Positions 1 to 9,840 of a DNA stretch of 60,734 nucleotides are shown piece by piece. Made by a program: the position numbers and the translations under genes. The DNA is taken from NCBI GenBank assembly GCA_040004415.1, contig JBDUAY010000001.1, forward strand, positions 1 through 60,734, written 5' to 3'. Numbering within the stretch: the first letter of the stretch is position 1; every line of letters starts with the position of its first letter. The notes beneath the pieces were generated by a model that searched no databases, was not told where the DNA came from, and saw only the letters and a program-made list of their open reading frames with translations. This DNA is from Bacteroidota bacterium (lineage in GTDB: Bacteria; Bacteroidota; Bacteroidia; Chitinophagales; Chitinophagaceae).

Positions 1-50
1 CCGTTTTCTACTTTAAATTGCTGGCCGGCTATTTTTACAACTGCGAACAT
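1..50 (-). CDS. rplU: 50S ribosomal protein L21, 5' end only (gene runs off the window)
   Basis: The reverse strand from ATG (complement of 48-50) reads MFAVVKIAGQQFKVEN, the canonical L21 N-terminus. It is absent from the ORF track because it is open-ended. Confidence 0.7.
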   Translation of the reverse strand, partial: MFAVVKIAGQQFKVEN

Positions 51-185
51 AATAATCCGATTTAAGGAGTGCAAAAGTAACTGAATTTTCAATACGGGCA
101 AATAGAAAATTCATTTATTTCGGGCATAATTATCGCGTTCGGCATTCCTATCCATTTATCTTTGCTCATTATTAACGTAACGACT

Positions 186-1688
186 ATGAAAGTCAAGTCA
201 TTTCTTGCCAAACCCTTTGCTTCATATGTGCAGCGGCAGGTCAAAAAAGACATGTTGAATGCCATTGCGGACCAGCAGGAAATCTTACAGGATTTGCTGA
301 AAACAGGCAGTAAAACCATCTTTGGGGCCGAACATAAGCTGGGCGAAGTTAAAACATACGAGGCTTTTAAACAGGCGGTTCCCATCAGGGATTACGAGCA
401 ATACAAGCCATACATAGAGCAGATCAAAGAGGGCAAACACAATGTTTTATGGAAAGGACAGCCTATTTACCTTGCCAAAACCTCCGGCACTACCAGCGGT
501 ATTAAGTATATACCCATCACAAAAGATTCCATCCCCAACCATATTAATACCGCCCGAAATGCACTTTTGAGCTATATGTCCGCCAGCGGCAATAACAAAT
601 TTGCAGATGGCAAAATGATTTTCTTATCCGGCTCGCCTGAGCTGGAAAGGGTGGGCGGCATACCTACTGGCAGGCTCAGCGGCATTGCCAACCACCATAT
701 TCCCCGTTACCTGCGTACCAACCAACTACCCAGCTATGAAACCAGCTGTATAGAAGAGTGGGAGACAAAACTGGATAAAATTGTAGAAGAAACACTGAAT
801 CAGGATATGACGCTCATCAGTGGCATACCGCCATGGATGCAGATGTATTTCGACAGGCTGATGCAAGTAAGCGGAAAAGAAATCAAAGATTTGTTTCCTA
901 ACTTGTCTGTGCTGGTACACGGAGGTGTAAATTTTGAACCTTATAAAGCAAAATTGTTCAACAGCATCGGCAAAAAGATAGATACAATAGAAACATTTCC
1001 GGCATCCGAAGGTTTTTTTGCTTTTCAGGATTCGCAGGAAGAAGAAGGCCTGTTATTAAATACCAACAGTGGTATCTTTTTTGAATTTGTTCCGGCAAAT
1101 GAAATACTAAAAGATAATCCAACAAGGTTGAGCCTGAAAGATATACAGGTAGGTGAAAATTATGCCATGGTCATTAATAATAATGCGGGTTTGTGGGGAT
1201 ACAATTTAGGGGATACCGTAAAATTTCTTTCAGCAGATCCATATCGCATTGTAGTTACCGGCCGTATTAAACATTTTATTTCTGCCTTTGGTGAACATGT
1301 TATTGGTGAAGAAGTAGAATATAGTTTAATGAAAGCTGCAACAGAAGAAGGCGTACGCATTACGGAATTTACGGTTGCACCCATGATACAGCAGGGTAGT
1401 GGTAAAAGTTTTCATGAATGGTTTGTTGAATTTGAAAAGGCACCGCAAAGCCTCCATGAGTTTGCCGTAAAAGTGGATAATAATCTTCGCAAAAAAAATA
1501 TTTACTACGACGATCTTATAGCGGGTAATATCTTAACGCAACTGCAAATAAAACCCGTTCAGAAAAATGGTTTTATTGAATACATGAAGAGTATTGGCAA
1601 GCTTGGTGGCCAGAACAAAGTGCCACGCCTCAGCAACGATAGAAAAGTTGCCGATGAAATGGAGAAATGGACAAATGGTAGCTGTTAG
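186..1688 (+). CDS. GH3 (auxin-responsive-promoter) family acyl-adenylate-forming enzyme
   Basis: About 500 aa. It has the KTSGTTSG.KYIP adenylation-type P-loop and the overall GH3-family layout common in Bacteroidota. The start was moved to MKVKSF (186) inside the 162 ORF. Confidence 0.75.
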   Translation: MKVKSFLAKPFASYVQRQVKKDMLNAIADQQEILQDLLKTGSKTIFGAEHKLGEVKTYEAFKQAVPIRDYEQYKPYIEQIKEGKHNVLWKGQPIYLAKTSGTTSGIKYIPITKDSIPNHINTARNALLSYMSASGNNKFADGKMIFLSGSPELERVGGIPTGRLSGIANHHIPRYLRTNQLPSYETSCIEEWETKLDKIVEETLNQDMTLISGIPPWMQMYFDRLMQVSGKEIKDLFPNLSVLVHGGVNFEPYKAKLFNSIGKKIDTIETFPASEGFFAFQDSQEEEGLLLNTNSGIFFEFVPANEILKDNPTRLSLKDIQVGENYAMVINNNAGLWGYNLGDTVKFLSADPYRIVVTGRIKHFISAFGEHVIGEEVEYSLMKAATEEGVRITEFTVAPMIQQGSGKSFHEWFVEFEKAPQSLHEFAVKVDNNLRKKNIYYDDLIAGNILTQLQIKPVQKNGFIEYMKSIGKLGGQNKVPRLSNDRKVADEMEKWTNGSC

Positions 1689-1786
1689 CCATCAGCATTT
1701 AGCTATTAATGTCTTTTGCTTTGTCTGTCGCGGTTGAACCGGTTTTAATAAAAGTATGCCTGTAACAGCTCAAAGTTAATGGCTGT

Positions 1787-3949
1787 TTAATATTTTATTA
1801 TCTTTTTCGTCAGCACCTGATTGCCTTCTACCACCCGAACAATGTACACACCGGCAGAATAACGGCTGATATCAAGCGCATAATAATTTGACTGGCCGTT
1901 CACAATTGTTTCCGCTACTTTTTGTCCGCTCATATTGAAAATCTCAATGCCTTTTATGTTCGTGGGCTGCGGATAAAACTGAACAATAACAGCGCCATTG
2001 GTAGGACTTGGCGTAACCAAAAATCCTCTACTTTTTAAGTTTGGATTGATGGTGACCGTACGTAAGTTAACGTCATCAAGGTATACATTGTTTTCAAAGC
2101 CAGTCGTATTTCTGAACGCCAGCAAAATTTTTCCGGCACCAATATAATTGCTGATATTAATAGAATCTTTTCTCCACTCAGTGGCAGCAGGTACAAACGA
2201 AGTTGTTAAAGCAGCTGTATGCGTAACCAGTGTGCTGCCCCATTTTTTATAAAGACTGGTATAGGAGGTGCCGCAATCTGTGCTCAGCAACACTTCCAGC
2301 GTATCCCATGTATTGCTGGCAGTATTAACATCCGTATAGGTGGCGGCTGCTACCTGGAAAGAGAAAAAAGCAGAATCCACGCCGGTAAGACTAACATCCG
2401 GAAGACGCAGGTAATCCTGTTGTCCCACTGCACTATAGTCAAGATTATCAATCTTTACACTGGCACTGCCGGTTTTAGCTACGCCGGTAACTTTTTGCCA
2501 GGTGATACCATTATCAGGATTTACAATATCCCAGCCGGTTGGTGGAAATACACTTCCTTCAAAACTTTCTGATACTGACGTTACCGGATTATTGTATTGA
2601 AAATTAATGCTGATAGAATCATTAATTGTATTTTGGTCAGTCCCGTTATTTGGATTCGACAAATATACTTTTAGCGTATGCGTACCGGCGGTAGCGGTGA
2701 CAGCGGGAAGTGTAACATTTGCAGTAGCCAATTGTGCCAGTGAGCCAGTCCACGGAGCGGTAGCAACAGTCGTATTATCAAGAACGGTTGTAATAGTTAA
2801 AGAAGTAAGTGTTTGCGATCCCCGGTTCCGTATCGTAATAACTGGTGTAAAAGGATTCGTACAAACACGCTGTGCCGGTTGATTAAGAGATTTCAACTGT
2901 GCATCAAGGTTATATGATACGGGTGTTTGACAACCAATGGATGAAATGAGAGACGATCGGTATGCCACCAATGCGCTCTCCATGCGGGCAACCTGTTGCA
3001 CGGTAAACATCACCAGGCAGGCATCGTAAGTATAGTCCATATAGTTTTGATACATAATTCCATTGCCCGATGTGGTGCAGTTATCTAATACAACGCCATT
3101 AGAACAGGCAGAACTGGAATTTCCCTGGTTGGGCGTATCGTCTATAAAATCGGTACCTGTGCAAGCGCCATTGTCATCGCCCCAAATATGATATAGATTG
3201 AAATAATGACCTATTTCGTGCGTCAGGGTTTTTCCACCATTGTACTGAGGATAAGCCGTACTGCCGGGTATTGATCTGTATTCAATTACTACACCCTGTT
3301 CATTATCGTTGCCACTTTGCGGAAATGTTCCATAGCCCAGCAGGCCGTTACCGAGCGGACAAATCCATACGTTCAGATAGCTGGTTGGATCCCAAATGTC
3401 TGCACCGCCGCTGGCTGCATGTTTAACACCGTTATCTGTATTTAGAAAAGCTGTTTGTGTTGTTGAAGTACGTTCAATACCTGTAGTAGGATCCCCTGAC
3501 GGAGTTTGTTTTGCCAGGCAAAATTGTATGCCTGATTGACCAAAAAATGGTTTGAAGTAAGAAGGCACTTTTACAGAATCACCATTGATTCCTGCATAAT
3601 CTTTATTAATGGTATCTAACTGTGCCAGCACCTGCGCATCCGTAACGGTTGATTGGTTGTTAACTACAACATGAAAAACAATGGGAATCGTTATAAATGT
3701 TCTGTTTCCACCTGCTTGTTGTGTTTGTGCAACAGATAACCGGTAAGCTCCATTACGAAGTGCATTATTAAAGCGATCCCGTTCTGCCTCAAACTTTTGC
3801 TTCAGCTGTGGATTAGTCTGAAATTGAAACTCCAGGTTTTGCATGGTACCACATTTCTCTGGTACTGTTTTGGCATTTTTTTGTCCGCATGCAATACCCG
3901 CGAAAACAGTAACAAAAACAATAGAGCAAACCAGCTTTAAAAATTTCAT
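1787..3949 (-). CDS. Secreted M43 (cytophagalysin/pappalysin-like) zinc metalloprotease with a T9SS C-terminal sorting domain
   Basis: It has an N-terminal signal peptide and the HEIGHYFNLYH zinc motif (HExxHxxxxxH). A central FEGS..PPTGW domain resembles choice-of-anchor/MAM domains. The C-terminal tail GVYIVRV...LTKKIIKY is typical of Por_Secre_tail. Confidence 0.8.
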   Translation of the reverse strand: MKFLKLVCSIVFVTVFAGIACGQKNAKTVPEKCGTMQNLEFQFQTNPQLKQKFEAERDRFNNALRNGAYRLSVAQTQQAGGNRTFITIPIVFHVVVNNQSTVTDAQVLAQLDTINKDYAGINGDSVKVPSYFKPFFGQSGIQFCLAKQTPSGDPTTGIERTSTTQTAFLNTDNGVKHAASGGADIWDPTSYLNVWICPLGNGLLGYGTFPQSGNDNEQGVVIEYRSIPGSTAYPQYNGGKTLTHEIGHYFNLYHIWGDDNGACTGTDFIDDTPNQGNSSSACSNGVVLDNCTTSGNGIMYQNYMDYTYDACLVMFTVQQVARMESALVAYRSSLISSIGCQTPVSYNLDAQLKSLNQPAQRVCTNPFTPVITIRNRGSQTLTSLTITTVLDNTTVATAPWTGSLAQLATANVTLPAVTATAGTHTLKVYLSNPNNGTDQNTINDSISINFQYNNPVTSVSESFEGSVFPPTGWDIVNPDNGITWQKVTGVAKTGSASVKIDNLDYSAVGQQDYLRLPDVSLTGVDSAFFSFQVAAATYTDVNTASNTWDTLEVLLSTDCGTSYTSLYKKWGSTLVTHTAALTTSFVPAATEWRKDSINISNYIGAGKILLAFRNTTGFENNVYLDDVNLRTVTINPNLKSRGFLVTPSPTNGAVIVQFYPQPTNIKGIEIFNMSGQKVAETIVNGQSNYYALDISRYSAGVYIVRVVEGNQVLTKKIIKY

Positions 3950-4263
3950 AAATACAGCGTATAAAAAAGAAAAATAGACAGTTTTTTGTTAATGGCAGCG
4001 TTCTTTTTAAAACAATTTATATTACTGGCTTTTTTCATAAGCCCTGCAGAACAAAGGGTAGTTTGGTTGGGCAGCGATAACAGCGGTAAATACCGGAAAT
4101 ATAGAACAGGCAAGATTAAACCTTTTTACATATCTTAATACGTTGCTGATAATATTTTTGTTGGGTTATAATAGTATTTTTTTTATTTGCGCATAGCGAA
4201 TAATTTTATTGGCATACTGCGTTTGTTTCACAACATCCGCCATCATTTTTTTTGGTAAGATGC

Positions 4264-4644
4264 CTAACCACAGTTATTGTAAAGAAAGTTTATACCAAAT
4301 AGTATTGTCCTGAAAAAGACGCATCCCGTCTTTTCCTCCTCCGGGAGGTAATCCACCGGGCGGAGTATACCATCACCACCACCATCGGGAGGCATCTGGC
4401 CTCCACCAAAATCAGGCATCTTCATGCCTTTTTCTACCAGGCAAATAGAGATACGTGAATTTACCGAAAGCGGTTCAGCCAAAGTGTTAACCGGTAGTTG
4501 TGCACCATATACCAGGGTGTCTTTTATAAAATATAATGATATGCTTAGACCCGATGGATGATGTATGTTTTGCATGCCGTTTAAGTCTTCTTTAAAACCG
4601 GTTAATTTCATTTCATGCTGGCGGGCAATGGTTTTAGCCAGCAT
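4264..4644 (-). CDS. Hypothetical protein (possible C-terminal part of the same split gene)
   Basis: The ORF has no signal peptide and starts inside the 3' end of 4608-5072. The G/P-rich tail looks poorly protein-like. An alternative frame near the end reads ...PPGGGKDGMRLFQDNTIWYKLSLQ*. Confidence 0.35.
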   Translation of the reverse strand: MLAKTIARQHEMKLTGFKEDLNGMQNIHHPSGLSISLYFIKDTLVYGAQLPVNTLAEPLSVNSRISICLVEKGMKMPDFGGGQMPPDGGGDGILRPVDYLPEEEKTGCVFFRTILFGINFLYNNCG

Positions 4645-5072
4645 TTGTATATTGTTGTATCGGGTTCGTTGCGGCTGTCAAAATTTACAGGTCCGTTAAA
4701 GCCGGGTGTTTGCTCTTGCATTGGTTTCTCATTTGGCTCATGCGCGTTAAATGGAAAAAGAATGCCTGTCTTTTTATTCTTTTTTCCTTTTGTACCGATC
4801 CGTATCTCCATCCCGTTTGTAACAATTTTTCTTTGTTGCAGCGGGTCTGTTACTGCCAGGTAAACATGAATAATATTGCCTGTATTGTATATAGCGTACC
4901 ATGATTTTGAATCTTCGTCATAATTTTTTTTGACAGGTGAGGCAGCAGCAGCGTTTATGTTATTGCCAGTTTCGGGTTGCGATTGTAAATTATTTTGCTG
5001 CGCGTAAACATGGATGGCTGTACACAACATAAAAAGTGTTATAAAACAAGCGGCACGTAGTTGCTTCAGCAT
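4608..5072 (-). CDS. Hypothetical secreted protein (N-terminal part of a possibly split gene)
   Basis: It has a clear signal peptide (MLKQLRAACFITLFMLCTAIHVYAQQ). Its 3' end overlaps the next ORF by 37 nt in another frame. Confidence 0.55.
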   Translation of the reverse strand: MLKQLRAACFITLFMLCTAIHVYAQQNNLQSQPETGNNINAAAASPVKKNYDEDSKSWYAIYNTGNIIHVYLAVTDPLQQRKIVTNGMEIRIGTKGKKNKKTGILFPFNAHEPNEKPMQEQTPGFNGPVNFDSRNEPDTTIYKCWLKPLPASMK

Positions 5073-5185
5073 AAAAAATTATTTTGATAAAAATATAACA
5101 GTGATTACCGCGAAAAAAAAATATAGATGAAACAATGAAATGCATCGGAGAATATATTTCCTTCCAGACTACGTACTTTTGGAAG

Positions 5186-6469
5186 ATGAATAACCTGGCA
5201 ATTCCTGCAATTATCATTTTTTGGGTACAAATATTATTAATTGTTCCTGATGCAACCGGGCAGGTGAGAATAGATCAAGCCCGTACAGATACTTTTTTAG
5301 AAAATCTTTTGCAATCTAAACCGCAGTATTTTGAACAAATTTTACAAAACAGGAAGACGCTTAAAGTACAAATTATTTATACGAAAATAGATCGCAAGGG
5401 AAACAATGAACCTGTTTTTACACCTTATTATTTCAATATTGACTCCTCTGTTTATTTCTATCCCGCTTCTACAGTGAAAATGCCGGTTGCCCTGCTGGCT
5501 TTACAAAAATTGCATGAATTAAGTTTGCCGGGACTCGACAAAAACAGCACGCTTTTAACAGGTGCAAGCTATAATGGGCAGAGCCCTGTTTATAATGATC
5601 CTACTTCCAGGGATGGAAGACCGACCGTGGCACAGTATGTAAAAAAAATATTCATGGTGAGCGATAACGATGCGTTTAACCGGTTATATGAATTAATGGG
5701 ACAGCAATATATAAATGATAAGCTGCATAAAATGGGCTATGCGGATGCTGAAATATTACATCGCCTGGAAATAAGCATGACGCCTGATGAAAACCGTCAT
5801 ACCAATCCCATTGGTTTTTATAATGCATTTGGAAAAATGTTGTACACACAGCCCATGCAGTTGAATGAAACAACCTACAATAAACGCAATGATTCTGTTG
5901 GCAATGCTTATTATAGCAATGGGCAGTTAATCAATCATGCCATGGATTTTTCTTCAAAAAACCGCATTACCCTGCAAGATTTAACAGATGTTTTAAGAGC
6001 CGTTTTGTTTCCACAGTCTGTATCGCCGCAACAACGGTTTAATTTTACGGACGATGATTATAAATTTGTAAAACAGTATATGTCGCAATTGCCAACAGAA
6101 AGTGTGTACCCGCCGTACAGCGCAGATACTGCAACGTATTGGCCCGCCTACTGTAAATTTTTATTGTACGGATCTGATAAAGGCACCTTGCCATCAAACA
6201 TACGTATATTTAATAAAGTTGGCGATGCATACGGCTTCTTAACGGATGTGGCATACGTAGTTGATTTTGATAAAAAAATAGAATTTATGCTGAGTGCCCG
6301 GATATACTGTAATACCGATGGTGTTTTAAATGATGATGTGTATGATTATAAAACCATTGGCATGCCGTTTATGAAACAATTGGGTAAGGCGATGTATGAA
6401 TATGAATTGAGCAGGCCCCGTGCAGTAAAGCCGGATTTAACTGCTTTTAAAATGAATTACGATAAATAA
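5186..6469 (+). CDS. Class A beta-lactamase-related serine hydrolase
   Basis: The STVK (SxxK) and SDN motifs sit in the right order and spacing. A signal/anchor segment follows the MNNLAIPAII start. Confidence 0.65.
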   Translation: MNNLAIPAIIIFWVQILLIVPDATGQVRIDQARTDTFLENLLQSKPQYFEQILQNRKTLKVQIIYTKIDRKGNNEPVFTPYYFNIDSSVYFYPASTVKMPVALLALQKLHELSLPGLDKNSTLLTGASYNGQSPVYNDPTSRDGRPTVAQYVKKIFMVSDNDAFNRLYELMGQQYINDKLHKMGYADAEILHRLEISMTPDENRHTNPIGFYNAFGKMLYTQPMQLNETTYNKRNDSVGNAYYSNGQLINHAMDFSSKNRITLQDLTDVLRAVLFPQSVSPQQRFNFTDDDYKFVKQYMSQLPTESVYPPYSADTATYWPAYCKFLLYGSDKGTLPSNIRIFNKVGDAYGFLTDVAYVVDFDKKIEFMLSARIYCNTDGVLNDDVYDYKTIGMPFMKQLGKAMYEYELSRPRAVKPDLTAFKMNYDK

Positions 6470-6480
6470 GCAGTACCCCG

Positions 6481-7218
6481 ATGAAATATTCCTTATTGAT
6501 TCTATTATTTGTTGCTGCTATTATTGTTTCATGTAAAAAGACAAACAGTAGCAATGTCAATGTGTTGTTTTATAATGGTACCTGGTCGGTGCCTGCTATC
6601 ACCGCTGCATGGAACGGGAACAATGTTATAACAACGGGGATTGCCCAGGGACAAAGTTCCGGTACTTCATTCAGCCCATATTTAAAAGAACCGGCAGGTA
6701 CCAATCTTGTAACAATAAAAATTGGTACCGATTCATTGAGTAAAAATGTTTATGCAGCTTCTTCCGCAGGTACCAGCTTTCTTTTTTATGATGATAGCAG
6801 TGCTGCTGCTGTCACTGGTACCGCAATTAGTGTACTGCAATTAACAGATGATCTTACATTGCCCGACACCGCATCAATCAATTACCGTTTTATTAATTTA
6901 TCGCCTGACACAAGTGCCACGGTCGACGTACTACTGGTGAATGGCACAACAGATAGTTTAGGACTTATTACTGCGTCTGGTGCATTTATTGGTGCCGGAG
7001 CAGATCCTGCTGCTGTTCAGCCTTTTTTAAATCAAAAATATCACGGTGAAGGATACACCATAAAGATTAAGAAGTCTGGCACAGAAGCATTACTTGCATC
7101 TGTTCCCAATTACTTTTTTGCTGTGCGGGGTATTTATAGTATTATTTTTTCGGGAGTATCTACTGGTTCTGGCAGTACTGCTTTTAAGGTATCCGTATTG
7201 CATCATTTTGCACAGTAA
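6481..7218 (+). CDS. Lipoprotein, DUF4397-like
   Basis: It has a lipoprotein signal (LLFVAAIIVSCKK). RFINLSPD..VDVL resembles the DUF4397 signature. Confidence 0.5.
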   Translation: MKYSLLILLFVAAIIVSCKKTNSSNVNVLFYNGTWSVPAITAAWNGNNVITTGIAQGQSSGTSFSPYLKEPAGTNLVTIKIGTDSLSKNVYAASSAGTSFLFYDDSSAAAVTGTAISVLQLTDDLTLPDTASINYRFINLSPDTSATVDVLLVNGTTDSLGLITASGAFIGAGADPAAVQPFLNQKYHGEGYTIKIKKSGTEALLASVPNYFFAVRGIYSIIFSGVSTGSGSTAFKVSVLHHFAQ

Positions 7219-7362
7219 AAAGCAATTAGAATTAATAATTCTGTTATTTGGAATTACGTTAAAAGCTCAGTATCCACCCTGCCCAATGCCGGGGATAAAT
7301 TTTTGGCTTGAGAATTAATATAAGGCGTTTGCGGAAGCCAAATGCTTTGTTTTCAAGAATGC

Positions 7363-7854
7363 CTATTCTGCCGGCGCTTTAAAATCCTGGTTGGTAAAAG
7401 GTGGATTGTCAGGAATTTTTATAATGTTGAATGCATGATTGGTTGCATGGTGACAGCTGTTGCAGGTATTGGTTAACAACATAAAACCACTTTTAAACGA
7501 TTGCATATTTTTTGTGCTGATGGCATTGCTGACACTATCGATAGCCGGATTGATCATGGAAAGTTTTTGAACTTCGGGTCTGTCTGCACAATAAACCGGT
7601 ATTCCTTCCAGCGCTTCTTTTATTTCTCCTATTTCGAAATCAGCCAGTTGCCAGTTTTGGTTTTCTCCCGCCAACCACAGCTTGGCATGATGCACCTGGA
7701 TAGAACTCATAAATTCTCCTAATCCTGGTTTATACGTTTGTGCCAATTTTTCTTCAAGGCTGTCTATACGATTCTGCAATACCTGTGTTTTATCTGCAGA
7801 ATTATTACAAGAAAATAATGTAACGGAAAATAAGAAAAGAAGCATGGCTTTCAT
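7363..7854 (-). CDS. Lipoprotein with a single C-terminal CxxCH heme-c motif (cytochrome c'-like topology)
   Basis: It has the lipobox LFSC. The body looks predicted-helical and the CNSCH motif lies close to the C-terminus. Confidence 0.5.
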   Translation of the reverse strand: MKAMLLFLFSVTLFSCNNSADKTQVLQNRIDSLEEKLAQTYKPGLGEFMSSIQVHHAKLWLAGENQNWQLADFEIGEIKEALEGIPVYCADRPEVQKLSMINPAIDSVSNAISTKNMQSFKSGFMLLTNTCNSCHHATNHAFNIIKIPDNPPFTNQDFKAPAE

Positions 7855-7899
7855 GTTACAAAGCTACCACAGTCTTTTGAAATGATGCAGTTTTCGAAA

Positions 7900-8847
7900 T
7901 TATATGGGTTCTGGAGACGGTGGTAGTTTGGCCAGTATTTTCCTCCTCAAATTTAAAAATGGTTTTTCAATCAATTTGTTCATCAGCCATGCAGCCGCCA
8001 GGCCAACAACGGTACAAAATAAAAACATCTATCAGCTGTCAACCACTAAATTCAGTTTTACAATTTGCGCCTGGCCGGGGTGTATAATTATTTTATGTGT
8101 AAGATAAATGGCGTATAATAAAACTGCTATTTTCGATGTGATAGCAGATTTAAATTTGTACAAAAAACTGGCTGGACTGCTTGGCCCCAGGCACGATCTG
8201 TATGTTGGATAATAGATCCATTTATACCAATTGACCCAACTGTTGTCGTCTTCCAGAAGCGGCAATAGTTTTACATTGTACACATACCAACGGAGAATGA
8301 TTCCAAATAAAAATACCCCAACCTGGAACCTGATTTTTTTTAATTGCTTTGGCATAAATCAAGGCAATCAGAATAAGCGGAAATAGTACATAAAATTGTT
8401 CTTCAATGCAAAGCGATTAGGTATGTGAGCATGTACCCTGTGTACGAAGGTCGAGACCCAAGGTGTTGCGTAAAGGGCAGGTATTTCCAAAGTGGGGCGG
8501 GTGCTTCCCGTTCACGAAAAGATGGAAAACAAAAATATAACGCTACTATAACCAGGTACGCCGGAATAATTCTAAAAAAACGTTTTAGAAAAAACGCTTT
8601 GAGGTATATTGTTTTCTCCCTGGCAATGGTTGCAAAAAGTTGCGATGAGATTAAATAACCACTGAGTACAAAGAAATGATCTACACCGGTCCAGCCAAAT
8701 TTTCCAATATCAGTTATCCATTTCGGTGATGTGAAAACATGACCATAATGGAAAACGAAAACGAATGTGATGGCAACGGCCTGAGATGATCGAGGCCGTA
8801 TAGTTTGGTATATGGTGAAGTGGTAAGCGTTCCCTGGTTTGATTTAA
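7900..8847 (-). pseudogene. Acyltransferase family 3 (membrane O-acyltransferase) pseudogene
   Basis: Reverse-strand fragments lie in several different frames. They include YGLDHLR / AVAITFVFVFHYGH...GWTGVDHFFVLSGYLISSQ...FFLKRFFRIIPAY / LGLDLRTQGTCSHT*SLCIEEQFYVLFPLILIAL / the 8032-8355 ORF / VVGLAAAWLMNKLIEKPFLNLRRKIL...*. An in-frame TAA replaces the conserved W of the HTWSL motif, and no start codon is found. Confidence 0.8.
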
Positions 8848-8945
8848 TTTAAATTATTATCCTGCTTTTAGCGGTCATTACTGTATTTAAAAAATTGCAT
8901 TTTCTGCGGTTTGCAGAGCGCCGGTTTTATGTATTTATAAAAGTG

Positions 8946-9584
8946 TTATTGGTTGCCCGAATGCTCATTTATAAACTGCTCATTAAACTCAATCAAATAC
9001 ACTGTTTTTATTTTGTCAGTATAGGCGCGTTCTATTCTAAATTTTTTCAATATGGCTGGATCTTCTTCAAATAATTTTTCGAGATTTTTTTTAGATGCTT
9101 TTTTCGTTTTCCCTTCCGGATTGATAAACATCAGATCGTACCGCGCAGGTTTTGTTGTTGCACCTGCGTCTTCAGCAGGTGAAGCAGGCAATGATTTAAT
9201 TGTATAAATATCGCTATGCCAGCATAAAAGAAAAGGATTCTTACCAATGTATTGAGCTTTCAGAAAACGCTTCTTAAAAAGAGAAATACGTTTGCTGATA
9301 AAAACATTTGTACCATCACAGAAGCCCCAGCCGGCTGATACATCGCTTCCATCATTGATATTGTATTTGGCGCCTGTTATAATTGTATCACTTGTGTTTT
9401 TTACATAAAATAAAACCACGCTGAAGTCAGGTGATAATGAAGGCGCATTGTTTATGTATTCATCATAATTTTTATAAAAGCCTTTTTTCAGTGTGTTACT
9501 GTTATAAATTTTATTGGTATCATTTTGTGCGCGGCAAATAAACGTTATACATAAATAAAAAAGTAGCGTGATTTTTTTTTCCAT
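8946..9584 (-). CDS. Hypothetical secreted protein
   Basis: The ORF is intact and has an N-terminal signal peptide (LFYLCITFICRAQ). I recognise no family. Confidence 0.55.
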   Translation of the reverse strand: MEKKITLLFYLCITFICRAQNDTNKIYNSNTLKKGFYKNYDEYINNAPSLSPDFSVVLFYVKNTSDTIITGAKYNINDGSDVSAGWGFCDGTNVFISKRISLFKKRFLKAQYIGKNPFLLCWHSDIYTIKSLPASPAEDAGATTKPARYDLMFINPEGKTKKASKKNLEKLFEEDPAILKKFRIERAYTDKIKTVYLIEFNEQFINEHSGNQ

Positions 9585-9762
9585 GAATGCGAAGTTGATT
9601 TCAGCTGACGGCTACGGGAATCTATTTTAAAAGACATTATAATTTGAGCAGCAATAGAAATGCTAATGTATATAAGTTAGAGGAGGCGAAAACGATGTTG
9701 ACCACATTTATTTTCTTTTGAATATTTATTTTATGATACCAGCTGCTCAATATTATAAAAGC

Positions 9763-9815
9763 ACAAGGGAGTGACACCCGTCCGAACGGTGTTCATCCGG
9801 GCGGGCAACCATGTT
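9763..9815. repeat. Dispersed 53-nt repeat, copy 1 (GC hairpin CCCGTCCG-13 nt-CGGGCGGG)
   Basis: It is 51/53 identical to 43783-43835, with weaker similarity extending about 15 nt upstream. It contains an 8-bp stem (one G-U) with a 13-nt loop. Confidence 0.85.
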
Positions 9816-9840
9816 GCCAAAAGAAACTCCTGCCGGCGCA

